From Trueperaceae bacterium (GTDB lineage Bacteria; Deinococcota; Deinococci; Deinococcales; Trueperaceae), in NCBI GenBank assembly GCA_965213925.1, contig OZ243927.1:2976001-3040000 (forward strand): a DNA stretch of 64,000 bases, written 5' to 3'. Positions 10,929-20,863 of the stretch are shown one piece after another. Within the stretch, counting starts at the first letter, position 1. Each line of letters begins with the position of its first letter. Both the position numbers and the translations under genes were made by a program. Under the pieces are notes generated by a model. It saw only the letters and a list, made by a program, of their open reading frames with translations, was not told the DNA's origin and did not search any database.

Positions 10929-12187
10929 CGGGGCTGCGCCTCGCTCTCGCCAGTATCGAATACCCGCCCGACCCGCTCTCCTCCGGCATCGGGACGTACA
11001 CGAAAACGGTCGCGACGCTGCTCGCGAAAAGAGGTCACAAAGTCTTCGTGGTGACGAGAGGGTATGAGCGCGCGGATACCGTTACGGATGAGGACGGCGT
11101 CACCGTCTATAGGCTCACGCCTGCGCGACCCGAGTTGCCCGAACTCGGCGCGTTGCCCGTCGCCCGCTTAGCGCTGACGAGCTTAGCGGACGAGTGGCGC
11201 TACCGCCGCAAGGTCGCCCGCACGCTCCACGCACTCGTAGAACGCGAACACGTAGACCTCATCGAAGCCGCCGACCACACCGCCGAGGGAATGTTTTACC
11301 GCCCCGAGAGGCGTCCGCACGTTCCTTTTGTGGTGCGTCTTCACACGCCGCTGGCGTTTAGCGAAACGGTGGACGCGAACATCCCCGAGCTAGCGCGGCG
11401 CGGTGTAGGGTACCTAGAACGCCGCTTTTTACAGAAAGCTACCCACCTGAGCGCCCCCAGCCAGAGCGCGGCGGAGGCGTTTTTAGACCTTTTCAAGTTG
11501 GAACGCCCTGTCGCTATTTTCCCGAACCCCACGTCTTACAGCGCGCCCTACGAGGCTCGAGCGACGCTCGAAAGCGAAGATGACGCCAGCGTCCTCTTCG
11601 CCGGACGCATCACGCGCTGGAAAGGCGTGCATCTGCTCATGAAAGCGGTACCGCTCGTTTTAGAGCGCGTACCTGACGCCCGCTTTATCTTGGCAGGCTC
11701 CGCGCACGTTCCGACGCAGGGCTTTCCCTCGACTCAGGCGTATCTCCTCTCGCTTGTTCCCGAAGCGCACCGCAGCCGCGTCACCTTTTTAGGTCACGTT
11801 CCCCACGAGGAACTTACGCACCTTTACGAACGCGCCACGCTCTGCGTCTTCCCCTCGCTGTTCGAGGCGTTCGGCTACACCTGTTTAGAGGCGATGACGC
11901 TCGGCAAAGCCGTTATAGGTAGTCGCAATGGCGGTATGACAGACCTCTTGGACGGTGGGAGAGCGGGCAAGCTCTTCTCTCCGCCCGACGTGGACGAACT
12001 CGCGCAGCATATCGTCCGACTACTGCAAACTCCTTCGCTGCGGGTAGAACTCGGCAACCGCGCCCTGAAGAGGGTACAAGCGCATTACACTTCGGACACC
12101 GTAATGACGCAGACCGAAGCCTTTTACCGGCGAGCCGTCGCCGAGCGCCAGCGAGCGGACGCTGAAGGCAACTTCACACAACATTGA
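10925..12187 (+). CDS. Glycosyltransferase family 4
   Basis: EYPP..SGIG; FPSLFEAFGYTCLEAM (E-x7-E). Confidence 0.92.
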   Translation: MTGLRLALASIEYPPDPLSSGIGTYTKTVATLLAKRGHKVFVVTRGYERADTVTDEDGVTVYRLTPARPELPELGALPVARLALTSLADEWRYRRKVARTLHALVEREHVDLIEAADHTAEGMFYRPERRPHVPFVVRLHTPLAFSETVDANIPELARRGVGYLERRFLQKATHLSAPSQSAAEAFLDLFKLERPVAIFPNPTSYSAPYEARATLESEDDASVLFAGRITRWKGVHLLMKAVPLVLERVPDARFILAGSAHVPTQGFPSTQAYLLSLVPEAHRSRVTFLGHVPHEELTHLYERATLCVFPSLFEAFGYTCLEAMTLGKAVIGSRNGGMTDLLDGGRAGKLFSPPDVDELAQHIVRLLQTPSLRVELGNRALKRVQAHYTSDTVMTQTEAFYRRAVAERQRADAEGNFTQH

Positions 12188-12279
12188 CCGTTCTGGTCGT
12201 AAGGTAGGAGAAACTTAGCGGTAGCGGATCACGTTATGCTGTGTTCACAAGTAGGAGTACGTCACCAGGAGTTTGTCAG

Positions 12280-13038
12280 ATGCCCACAACCATAGAACGC
12301 CCCAAAGACCAACAAGACGCCGTGAGCGCCCAAGCGCTCAGCAAGCGCTTTACTCTAGGCAGCGAGACCGTAGACGCGCTTATAGGCGTTGACCTCACCG
12401 TACCTAAGTCGGAGTTTTTGGCGGTGATGGGCCCCTCGGGCAGCGGCAAGAGCACCCTCTTACATATCCTAGGGCTCTTGGAGCAGCCCGACAAGGGCGA
12501 GGTCGTCTTGGACGGTCAGGTGACGAGCCACCTAAACGACGACGCGCTTACCCAGATTCGCCGCGAGCGCTTGGGCTTCATCTTCCAAAACTTCGAACTC
12601 ATCCCGAACTTGAGCGCCAAAGAGAATATCCTGTTGCCCGCAGAGGTCGCTGGACGCAAGAAGGAAGCGGAGCGGCGGTTAGAGAACCTAGCCGCGCAGC
12701 TCGGGTTGGAGAACCGCTTACACCACCGCCCCAACCAGCTTTCCGGTGGTCAGCAGCAGCGCGTGGCGATTGCCAGAGCGCTCATCAACGAGCCCGTCGT
12801 CATCTTGGCGGACGAGCCCACGGGCAACCTCGACACGAACACGGGCAACGAAGTGTTGGAACTTCTGCGGCGCGGCGTCCAAGAAGAGGGCTGGACCGTC
12901 ATCATGGTCACGCACGATCCCAAAGCCGCGCTTTTCGCCGAGCGCATCATCTTCTTGCGCGACGGGCGCGTCGTCGGCGAAACGCGCACGGACGATACCA
13001 ACGCGAGAGGTCGAATTGAGAATTTTGTCGGGGTGTAA
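12280..13038 (+). CDS. ABC transporter ATP-binding protein (LolD/MacB-like), no adjacent permease
   Basis: GPSGSGKST, LSGGQQQ, ADEPTGNLD. Confidence 0.92.
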   Translation: MPTTIERPKDQQDAVSAQALSKRFTLGSETVDALIGVDLTVPKSEFLAVMGPSGSGKSTLLHILGLLEQPDKGEVVLDGQVTSHLNDDALTQIRRERLGFIFQNFELIPNLSAKENILLPAEVAGRKKEAERRLENLAAQLGLENRLHHRPNQLSGGQQQRVAIARALINEPVVILADEPTGNLDTNTGNEVLELLRRGVQEEGWTVIMVTHDPKAALFAERIIFLRDGRVVGETRTDDTNARGRIENFVGV

Positions 13039-13081
13039 AGAAGTTTCGACTCCGTATCTCAGGCTTAGGCTAGCACAACCG

Positions 13082-13116
13082 AAAACGCCGTTCCTACAAT
13101 GGGGAACGGCGTTCTT
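13082..13116. terminator. Bidirectional terminator
   Basis: AACGCCGTTCC/GGAACGGCGTT stem between convergent genes. Confidence 0.7.
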
Positions 13117-13132
13117 GAAGTCGACCTCTTCC

Positions 13133-14026
13133 CTAACGCAGCAACCCCGACACCAGATTCTGCGCGGCGAAGTCTCGATCTAAGATGCCCGGTAAGCCGA
13201 GCGAAAAGCCGCCGACGAGCGCAAAGTCTAAACCTCTTCCCGCTTGTAACGTCGCCAGTTGCGAGGCGAGCGCAACCGGATTGATGTCCACCTGCAAACT
13301 CAGCGGCGCGTCTCCCCCAGCGGGCAACGCTTGCGTCACCGCTCGCCCGACGCCGACCCTTGCACCGCCTAGCCTCATATCCAGTTCGGGCGCGCGGAAG
13401 ACGTAGCCTAAAGGTGTGGGGTTGGACAGCTCGAGCCCTACCTCAACCGTCGCCCTGGTAAGCCCGACATCGCGCAGCCCCGACCTCTCGGAAACGAAAC
13501 GAATCTCGGGCGCAGCCAAGCGAATTGGCTGGGTGAGCGTGCCCGAGACGAGCGTCGCGCTCGGCAACGTTTGGCGCGTGCCCAAGACCTCTACAGCCAC
13601 CGTCCCGTCAACCCTGTAGCGCGTCGGCTCCCCGATGATGAGCCCCGCTAAGTCCGCGAGCAGGCTGACACCTCTTTCAAGCGGCACGTCTACCTCTAAA
13701 GGCAACCGAGTTGACCCGTTCGCCGCCAGCGTGAATCCTTCGGTAAATTGACTACTAACTGACCTCTTCCCATTGACAAAGAGGTCAAAGTCCAGCCCCG
13801 CCAACGAGAGCCTGAACGAATTCGGATTCTGCACCTCTAGGTTAAAGAGGAACGTCGCGCTCGGCGAGCCGACACCCGGCGGATTGAGGCGCACCAGCCC
13901 CGAGTCTTGAGTGAGGAGCTTAAACTTAGGCGCTTTGACGAGGTTGCTCGCGCCAGGAACGCAGGCGTTGAGGGGGAGCGCAAGCAGAAGAAGCGCGGTA
14001 ATCTGAACTATCGAGAGTCGTTTCAT
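13133..14026 (-). CDS. Lipoprotein with two LEA_2/WHy domains
   Basis: Lipobox LNAC; two NP(N/T) motifs (VQNPNSF, LSNPTPL) in repeated beta domains. Confidence 0.8.
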   Translation of the reverse strand: MKRLSIVQITALLLLALPLNACVPGASNLVKAPKFKLLTQDSGLVRLNPPGVGSPSATFLFNLEVQNPNSFRLSLAGLDFDLFVNGKRSVSSQFTEGFTLAANGSTRLPLEVDVPLERGVSLLADLAGLIIGEPTRYRVDGTVAVEVLGTRQTLPSATLVSGTLTQPIRLAAPEIRFVSERSGLRDVGLTRATVEVGLELSNPTPLGYVFRAPELDMRLGGARVGVGRAVTQALPAGGDAPLSLQVDINPVALASQLATLQAGRGLDFALVGGFSLGLPGILDRDFAAQNLVSGLLR

Positions 14027-14460
14027 GCGCCTAGCTTATCCGAGGCGTTTTTCGCATGGGTTGAAAAACCTTACGTTGCAACCTTTTGAGGCCTCGGTTC
14101 GCTAAAGTTCGCTGAGGGGTTGAGGTAGTCGAGTTTGAAATTATTGGCTAAGGGCAATGATACCTTTTATTTAACAAGAGGTAAAATTATTTCAAGACAA
14201 TCTGAAGTTAGCTTGCATGTTTTGTAGTTTGCACATTTCATTAACGTCGCAAAGCCACTTTACCTTGACGCTCTTTCTCGAGACCTGGTATATTTGCACC
14301 TTACAGCGCGGGTGAGTTCTGTTACGCCTGCTACAGTTTAAGAGGTCTACACAGCTTTACAGCGAAATCGACGTGCGCGTATAATGTCGCATATTTACAA
14401 CCTTTCCTCTCAACGGCTGTAGACCTGCGCGGCTCTACAACCCATCCTTTTAGGAGGCAC

Positions 14461-15327
14461 ATGGCACGCACCGTTAAAGGCGGTTTGATCCAAGCGTCGA
14501 ACCCCATTCCAGGAGACAAAGACCTTCAGAAGATCAAGCAGGCGATGATGGACAAGCACATCCCGCTGATCGAACAAGCGGGCAAACAGGGCGTCGAGGT
14601 CTTGTGCTTGCAAGAGATTTTCTACGGACCTTACTTCTGCCCCTCCCAAGACAGTCGCTGGTACACCACCGCCGAGCCGATTCCCGACGGCGAGACCACC
14701 CAGATGATGATGGAACTCGCCAAGCAGTACGGCATGGTCATCGTCGTACCGATTTACGAAGAGGAGATGACGGGCGTCTACTACAACACCGCCGCTGTGA
14801 TTGACGCGGACGGTAAGTATTTAGGCAAGTACCGCAAGACGCACATCCCGCAGGTCGCGGGCTTTTACGAGAAGTTCTTCTTCCGCCCCGGCAACCTGGG
14901 CTATCCCGTCTTCGATACGGCAGTCGGTAAAGTCGGCGTCTACATCTGCTATGACCGGCACTTTCCCGAAGGGGCACGGGCGTTGGGGCTCAACGGCGCG
15001 GAGATCGTCTTCAATCCGAGTGCCACCGTTGCAGGGCTAAGCGAGTATTTGTGGCGGCTCGAGCAACCCGCCCACGCCGTCGCCAACGGCTACTTCGTCG
15101 GCGCTATCAACCGCGTCGGACACGAGGAACCCTGGGACATCGGCGAGTTCTACGGTCAGAGCTACTTCGTCAACCCGAGAGGTCAGTTCGTCGCCGAGGG
15201 CAGCCGCGACCAGGACGAACTCATCGTCGCGGATTTGGATATGTCGATGGTGCGCGAGGTGCGGGATTTGTGGCAGTTTTATAGGGACAGACGCCCGGAG
15301 ACGTATGACGAATTGGTGGAGTTGTAG
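14461..15327 (+). CDS. Nitrilase-family beta-ureidopropionase (N-carbamoyl-beta-alanine amidohydrolase)
   Basis: E-K-C triad (LQEIF, YRKTHIP, ICYDRHFPE); first gene of the pyrimidine catabolism operon. Confidence 0.88.
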   Translation: MARTVKGGLIQASNPIPGDKDLQKIKQAMMDKHIPLIEQAGKQGVEVLCLQEIFYGPYFCPSQDSRWYTTAEPIPDGETTQMMMELAKQYGMVIVVPIYEEEMTGVYYNTAAVIDADGKYLGKYRKTHIPQVAGFYEKFFFRPGNLGYPVFDTAVGKVGVYICYDRHFPEGARALGLNGAEIVFNPSATVAGLSEYLWRLEQPAHAVANGYFVGAINRVGHEEPWDIGEFYGQSYFVNPRGQFVAEGSRDQDELIVADLDMSMVREVRDLWQFYRDRRPETYDELVEL

Positions 15328-15394
15328 GAGTGGCTAGTGAGTAGTGAAGAGTGACTAGATGCTGCTCTCCACTATTCACCCATCACTCTCCTAC
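15324..15394. repeat. Heptamer array with inverted arm
   Basis: TGGCTAG TGAGTAG TGAAGAG TGACTAG followed by the complementary CTATTCA CCCATCA CTCTCCT. Confidence 0.65.
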
Positions 15395-15401
15395 TTCTAC
15401 T

Positions 15402-16769
15402 ATGGACGGGACCCCTTTAGACCTCACCGACCTCGAGACTAGATTTACAGAGCTTAAACCGCCTATGTCGAAAAATGAGGCTCGAGTCGAAGCCAACCGC
15501 TGCTTGTACTGCTTCGACGCGCCCTGCATCACCGCCTGCCCGACCTCGATTGACGTGCCTACCTTCATCCGCAAAATCTCCACGGATAATGTTTTGGGCG
15601 CGGCGACAACCATCTTAGAAGCCAACCTCATGGGCGCGAGCTGTAGCCGCGTGTGTCCGGTTGAAGAACTCTGCGAGGGCGCGTGCGTGCTGACAAGCGA
15701 GCATAAACCCATCGAAATTGGTCGCTTGCAGCGCTACGCGATGGACTACGTATACGAGAAAGGTACGGTTCCTTTCAAGCCTGCGGAGAAAAACGGCAAG
15801 AGGGTTGCGATTATAGGCGCGGGACCTGCCGGGCTGACCTGTGCGGGCGAACTCGCTAAGCTCGGTTATGACGCTACCGTCTTCGAAAAGAACGATTTGC
15901 CAGGTGGACTCTCTACCTACGGCATCGTCGTGATGCGCGAGCCAATTCGCGTAGCGCTGCAAGAGGTTGAATTTGTCAAGAAGCTGGGCGTTGAGGTTAA
16001 GACGGGTGTCGCCATTGGGCAAGACATCACCGCCAATGACCTCTTGAACGACTACGACGCAGTGTTCATCGGTGCGGGGATGGGCAAGGTTCCGAACCTG
16101 GACATCCCTGGTGAGAATTTAGAAGGCGTTACCGAAGCCCTTTCTTTTATCGCAGAGACCAAACTCGCGGAGAAAGAAGGTTTAGAGCAGCTTAAAAATC
16201 TCCCTATCGGTCAACAGGTTGCCGTCATCGGCGCAGGCAATACGGCAATTGACGCGGCGACGATTGCGAAGAGGTTGGGCGCAGAGCGCGTCACCATCAT
16301 CTATCGCCGCAGCGAGTTAGAGATGCCCGCGTATACCTTTGAATACGACTTCATCAAAAATGAGGGCGTCGAGTTTAGGTTTTTGAATCAGCCGCTCGAG
16401 ATTCAAGGCGAAAACGGCGCGGTGACAGGCTTAAAGTGCGTCCGCATGGAGTTAGGCGAACCGGGCGAGGACGGACGCCGCCGACCCGTACAGGTTGAAG
16501 GCAGCGAGTGGGTTTTACCCTGCGACCACATCATCAAAGCGATCGGACAAGAAAAGCTCACCCCTCTTCACGAGGCGTTTGGGCTCGAGACCCAAAGCGG
16601 CTACATCAAAGTAGATGAAGCGCTCCGCACCTCTAACCCCAACGTTTTCGCGGGCGGCGACTGTATTCGTTTAGAAGGCGACGCGATGACGGTCACGGCA
16701 ACCGAGGATGGCAAAATCGCAGCGAGAAGTATCCATCAATGGCTCAGCGAGAGCCTTTCGGCAGATTAG
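15402..16769 (+). CDS. preT: Dihydropyrimidine dehydrogenase subunit PreT (GltD-like)
   Basis: RCLYCFDAPC..ACP, GAGPAG, GAGNTAID; adjacent to preA. Confidence 0.9.
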   Translation: MDGTPLDLTDLETRFTELKPPMSKNEARVEANRCLYCFDAPCITACPTSIDVPTFIRKISTDNVLGAATTILEANLMGASCSRVCPVEELCEGACVLTSEHKPIEIGRLQRYAMDYVYEKGTVPFKPAEKNGKRVAIIGAGPAGLTCAGELAKLGYDATVFEKNDLPGGLSTYGIVVMREPIRVALQEVEFVKKLGVEVKTGVAIGQDITANDLLNDYDAVFIGAGMGKVPNLDIPGENLEGVTEALSFIAETKLAEKEGLEQLKNLPIGQQVAVIGAGNTAIDAATIAKRLGAERVTIIYRRSELEMPAYTFEYDFIKNEGVEFRFLNQPLEIQGENGAVTGLKCVRMELGEPGEDGRRRPVQVEGSEWVLPCDHIIKAIGQEKLTPLHEAFGLETQSGYIKVDEALRTSNPNVFAGGDCIRLEGDAMTVTATEDGKIAARSIHQWLSESLSAD

Positions 16770-16780
16770 GAGGTGAGGAA

Positions 16781-16843
16781 GCTAGTCAGCTAGTCAGCCA
16801 GTCAGCACTTCAGGGTTTTCCTGATTAGCTGACTGGCTGAAGT
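16781..16843. repeat. Octamer array with inverted arm
   Basis: CTAGTCAG CTAGTCAG CCAGTCAG CACTTCAG, then CTGATTAG CTGACTGG CTGAAGT. Confidence 0.8.
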
Positions 16844-16884
16844 CCAGTCAAGCTGGATGAACGATGCTGAGTTGCTTATCCTTT

Positions 16885-18240
16885 ATGGCTGACCTTTCCA
16901 TCAACTTCGCAGGCATCAAGTCCCCCAACCCCTTCTGGCTCGCCTCCGCCCCGCCGACGAACACCGCCTATCAGGTCAACAAGGCGTTCGAGTACGGCTG
17001 GGGTGGCGCGGTCTGGAAGACCATCGGGGAGCCCGTTTTGAACGTCTCGTCGCGCTACGGCGGCTTCGAGTACAGCGGCAATAAGCTCGTGGCGATCAAC
17101 AACGTCGAACTGATTTCGGATAGACCTCTTGAAACGAATTTGCGAGAGATCAAAGAGGTCAAAGAACTCTGGAGTGACCGCGCCGTCATCGCCTCCGCGA
17201 TGGTGGCGTCCGAGCCGAAAGCGTGGCACGACATCATTCAGAAGATCGAGGACACGGGCGCGGACGGCATCGAACTCAACTACGGCTGCCCGCACGGGAT
17301 GAGCGAGCGCGGCATGGGCGCGGCGGTGGGGCAAGTGCCCGAATACTGCTCGATGATTACCGAGTGGGTGACGGACGTGGCGAGCATCCCCGTGATTGTC
17401 AAACTCACGCCGAACGTGACCGACATCGGCAAGCCTGCGCAGGCTGCTGTGAAGGGCAAAGCGGACGCCCTCTCACTAATTAACACCATCAATTCTATCG
17501 TCGGGGTGGATTTGGACAGTTTTCAACTCGAGCCCAATATCGGCGGCAAAGGCTCCCACGGCGGCTATGCGGGTCCGGCGGTGAAACCCGTCGCCTTGCA
17601 CCTCTTGTCCGTCGTCGCGAATGATGAAGAGGTGCAGCGGGCGAACTTGCCCATCTCCGGGATGGGTGGCATCCAGACCTGGCGCGACGCCGCTGAATTT
17701 CTACTTTTAGGTGCGACGAGTTTGCAAGTTTGCACGGCGGTCATGCACTACGGCTTTCGCATCATCGAAGATTTGACGGACGGACTTTCGAACTGGTTAG
17801 ACGAGAAAGGCGCGGCGTCGGTGAATGAAATTATCGGGGCGTCGGTGCCGAGAGTAAGCAGCTTCGGTGACTTCGATCTCAGCTACAAAGTCGTTGCCCG
17901 CATCAACCCCAAGACTTGTATCAACTGCAACCTCTGTTACGTCGCCTGCGATGAGGGAGCGCATCAGTGTATTGACCTCACGGTAGACGGCGCGAAAATC
18001 GACCCCGCGACCTATACAGGAAGTGTTAAGCCGCAGCCCGTCGTGCGCGAACAAGATTGCGTCGGCTGTAACCTCTGCTCATTGGTGTGTCCAGTGGACG
18101 AATGCATCTCGATGGTGGAAATGCCGCCGGAGCATGAAAGTGTTACCTGGAACGAGTTGAGCACGAATAAGCCGGAGGTGACGCGGGACTGGGAGGCGAT
18201 GGAGCGGTATCGGAAAGAGGTTGGGATAGACATACATTAG
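16885..18240 (+). CDS. preA: Dihydropyrimidine dehydrogenase subunit PreA
   Basis: NPFWLASAPP, ELNYGCPHGM, KLTPN; two C-terminal 4Fe-4S motifs. Confidence 0.95.
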   Translation: MADLSINFAGIKSPNPFWLASAPPTNTAYQVNKAFEYGWGGAVWKTIGEPVLNVSSRYGGFEYSGNKLVAINNVELISDRPLETNLREIKEVKELWSDRAVIASAMVASEPKAWHDIIQKIEDTGADGIELNYGCPHGMSERGMGAAVGQVPEYCSMITEWVTDVASIPVIVKLTPNVTDIGKPAQAAVKGKADALSLINTINSIVGVDLDSFQLEPNIGGKGSHGGYAGPAVKPVALHLLSVVANDEEVQRANLPISGMGGIQTWRDAAEFLLLGATSLQVCTAVMHYGFRIIEDLTDGLSNWLDEKGAASVNEIIGASVPRVSSFGDFDLSYKVVARINPKTCINCNLCYVACDEGAHQCIDLTVDGAKIDPATYTGSVKPQPVVREQDCVGCNLCSLVCPVDECISMVEMPPEHESVTWNELSTNKPEVTRDWEAMERYRKEVGIDIH

Positions 18241-18296
18241 GACTGGGAGAAAAGGACTGGGAGAAAAGGACTGAGTGAAGAGGACTGAGAGGTTGA
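18239..18296 (+). repeat. Heptamer array, left arm of the four-helix-bundle cassette
   Basis: GACTGGG AGAAAAG GACTGGG AGAAAAG GACTGAG TGAAGAG GACTGAG. Confidence 0.9.
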
Positions 18297-18300
18297 AGGC

Positions 18301-18681
18301 GTGAGTGAGAAGGTTAGTCGTTTTGAAGAGCTTGTGGCTTGGCAGAAGGCTCGAGCTTTGACTAAGTCGGTTTATCAAGTCACTAAGCGCGGTGACTTCG
18401 CTAAGGATTTTGGTCTGACAAATCAGATACAGCGAGCAGCGGTCTCAGTTATGTCGAATATTGCTGAAGGATTTGAGCGTGGGCGCCGCGCCGAATTTCA
18501 TCAGTTTTTATCTGTCGCTAAATCCTCTTGCGGAGAGGTAAGATCACAACTCTACGTCGCTCTGGATGTTGGCTACCTCCAAAAATCGACCTTTGACAAC
18601 CTTATGTCTCAAGCGGAAGAGGTATCACGAATCGTGGGCGGGTTCAGAGCCGCAGTACAAAAGCAGCGAGAGAAAAGTTAA
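18301..18681 (+). CDS. Four-helix-bundle protein (23S rRNA IVP / TIGR02436-like)
   Basis: FEEL.AWQKA, DFGL..QI.RAAVSV.SNIAEG.ER, F..FL..AK.S..E..SQL. Confidence 0.92.
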   Translation: MSEKVSRFEELVAWQKARALTKSVYQVTKRGDFAKDFGLTNQIQRAAVSVMSNIAEGFERGRRAEFHQFLSVAKSSCGEVRSQLYVALDVGYLQKSTFDNLMSQAEEVSRIVGGFRAAVQKQREKS

Positions 18682-18752
18682 AAGGACTGAGGACTGAGAG
18701 AAAAGAGATTTTACTCAGTCCTCAGCACTCAGTCCTTTTCTCTTCTCAACCT
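18681..18752. repeat. Heptamer hairpin, right side of the four-helix-bundle cassette
   Basis: GACTGAG GACTGAG AGAAAAG..CTCAGTC CTCAGCA CTCAGTC CTTTTCT. Confidence 0.9.
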
Positions 18753-18778
18753 ACTCTTTCCCCACATAGGAGGGCATT

Positions 18779-20152
18779 TTGAGTTTGCTTATCCGCAACG
18801 CCGACATCATCACCGCCGACTCGCGTATGACCGCTGACATCTACTGCGAAGGCGAAACCATTACCCGCATTGGGCAAAACTTAGATGTTTCCGCCGATGA
18901 GGTCATCGACGCCTCGGGCAAATACGTCTTCCCCGGCTTCATCGACCCGCACGTCCACATCTACCTCCCTTTCATGAGCACCTACGCCAAAGACTCCCAC
19001 GCGACGGGCAGCCGCGCCGCGCTCATGGGCGGCACGACGACCTTCATCGAGATGTGTGCGCCGAACAAGGGCGAAGACCTCTTAGAAGGTTACGAGTTGT
19101 GGAAGGGCAAAGCGGAGGGCGAGAGCGCGTGCGATTACACCTTTCACATGGGCGTCTCTAAGTTCGACGATAAGAGCGAAAAACAACTTCGTGAAATTGT
19201 CGCGGACGGTATCTCATCGTTCAAGGTCTTTTTAGCGTACAAGGGCTTTTTCGGCGTGAACGACGAAGAGCTTTTCAAGGCACTGACGCTCGCTAAAGAA
19301 CTCGGCGTCATCGTCACCGCGCACTGCGAGAACCCCGAACTCGTGGCGCAGCTTCAAACGAAGCTCTTAGAGGAGGGCAAAACCGGACCCGGCTACCACG
19401 AGCCGAGCCGTCCCGAATGGGTGGAGGCGGACGGGACGCATCACTTCGCGACCTTTTTGGAGGCGACGGGCGCGAAGGGGTACGTCGTTCACCTCTCGTG
19501 TGCACCTGCCCTAAAAGCGGCGCTAGACGCGAAAGCGAGAGGGGTAGACCTCTCTATCGAGGCGGTGATTCCGCACCTCTTGTTGGATAAAACGCTCGCT
19601 GAGCAGGACGGGTTAGAGGGTGCGAAGTACGTGATGTCGCCGCCCTTGCGGAAGAAGTCGAATCAGAAAGTTCTGTGGGACGCGCTGGCGCAAGGGTTTA
19701 TCGACACCGTCGGCACGGACCACTGCCCCTTTGACACGGAGCAAAAAGAGATGGGGCTGGACGACTTTACGAAGATTCCGAATGGGATTCCGGCTTTAGA
19801 AGACCGCGTCAAACTCCTCTACACCTACGGCGTGAGTCGCGGCGGTTTGGATGTGCACCGCTTCGTGGAGGCAGCCTCGACCAAAGCCGCTAAGTTATTC
19901 GGGCTCTTTCCGCGCAAAGGGACGATTGCGGTAGGGAGCGACGCCGACTTGGTGATTTATGACCCGAACGCAGAAGATACGATTTCGGCGCAAAGTCAAA
20001 CGATGAACGTCAACTATAGTGGGTTTGAAGGGACAGAAGTAGACGGGCGCGTTAAGACAGTGACGGTAAGAGGTAAGGTACAAGTTAAAGAGGGTGAGTT
20101 CGTCGGTGAGCAGGGGTGGGGAACGCTACTAAAACGTGAGGCGGGCGCTTAG
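18779..20152 (+). CDS. hydA: Dihydropyrimidinase
   Basis: PGFIDPHVH, SFKVFLAY, HCEN, SPPLR, TDHCPF. Confidence 0.95.
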   Translation: MSLLIRNADIITADSRMTADIYCEGETITRIGQNLDVSADEVIDASGKYVFPGFIDPHVHIYLPFMSTYAKDSHATGSRAALMGGTTTFIEMCAPNKGEDLLEGYELWKGKAEGESACDYTFHMGVSKFDDKSEKQLREIVADGISSFKVFLAYKGFFGVNDEELFKALTLAKELGVIVTAHCENPELVAQLQTKLLEEGKTGPGYHEPSRPEWVEADGTHHFATFLEATGAKGYVVHLSCAPALKAALDAKARGVDLSIEAVIPHLLLDKTLAEQDGLEGAKYVMSPPLRKKSNQKVLWDALAQGFIDTVGTDHCPFDTEQKEMGLDDFTKIPNGIPALEDRVKLLYTYGVSRGGLDVHRFVEAASTKAAKLFGLFPRKGTIAVGSDADLVIYDPNAEDTISAQSQTMNVNYSGFEGTEVDGRVKTVTVRGKVQVKEGEFVGEQGWGTLLKREAGA

Positions 20153-20823
20153 GTGTTGGCTTTCGCTTCTAGCTCCCCTACAAACCTCTCGTGCGCTTCG
20201 CTTTTTAGAGCATTTTGCAGCGTCATCATGACTTGCATGTCATCCTCGAGCAGCGCCCTTGTATCAAGCACAAGCCCCGGAAAGGTGCGGCTTTCCAAAA
20301 TTCCGTCTTTGGGCTCGAGCCTCACATACCTCTCTTCATCCAACGCAAACCAGTCGAACGCGCTATCCTCCACCCGCCACACTAGATATTCTTTCACCCC
20401 GTTACGGCGGTACGCGCGGAGTTTGTCGTGCAAATCGTAGGAGGCGGTGTTTGAAGCGATTTCGACCACTAACTCGGGCGGACCTTCGATGTAGTCATCC
20501 GCGCTCACAGAAGAGGTTCCGCCGACTTTGGGCTCGAGCCTTAGAAGCGCGTCGGGCTGAGGTTCATTGTCCATATCCAAGCGAACGGTTGCATTATCCG
20601 AGATGGACGAAAACGGTGTGGCTATCTCATAGGCTCCTAACCACATGACGATGCGAGTATGAGGATGACCATGTCTTTGATGACGAACAGGAGACGGCAC
20701 GTAAACAACCCCTTCGATGAGTTCGGCTTTTTTAAGGCGCGGCGTAGCGTGATAGCGCCGCTCGAACTCCGCACGGGTGAGTCTGTCGCCGTTCGCCAGT
20801 ATGGGAATATCTGCTACGACCAT
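20149..20823 (-). CDS. Uma2 family (PD-(D/E)xK) endonuclease
   Basis: AELIEGVV, QPDA, PELVVEIA, K..AY...GVKEY; start placed 6 nt after TAAAAT. Confidence 0.9.
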   Translation of the reverse strand: MVVADIPILANGDRLTRAEFERRYHATPRLKKAELIEGVVYVPSPVRHQRHGHPHTRIVMWLGAYEIATPFSSISDNATVRLDMDNEPQPDALLRLEPKVGGTSSVSADDYIEGPPELVVEIASNTASYDLHDKLRAYRRNGVKEYLVWRVEDSAFDWFALDEERYVRLEPKDGILESRTFPGLVLDTRALLEDDMQVMMTLQNALKSEAHERFVGELEAKANT

Positions 20824-20863
20824 GTACATATTTTACGACATTTCGAATCTATGAGGTATCCGC

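Noticed and set aside
12185..12201. RutR-like box TTGACC..TGGTC
   Set aside because: Spacing is off by one and it is not upstream of the pyrimidine operon.
14370..14410. Purine riboswitch (CGTATAAT..ATAT)
   Set aside because: Lacks the P2/P3 stems and TTTCTACC core; better read as a TTTACA-18-TATAAT promoter.
18239..18752. CRISPR array or DGR
   Set aside because: No unique spacers, cas genes, reverse transcriptase or TR/VR pair in the window.
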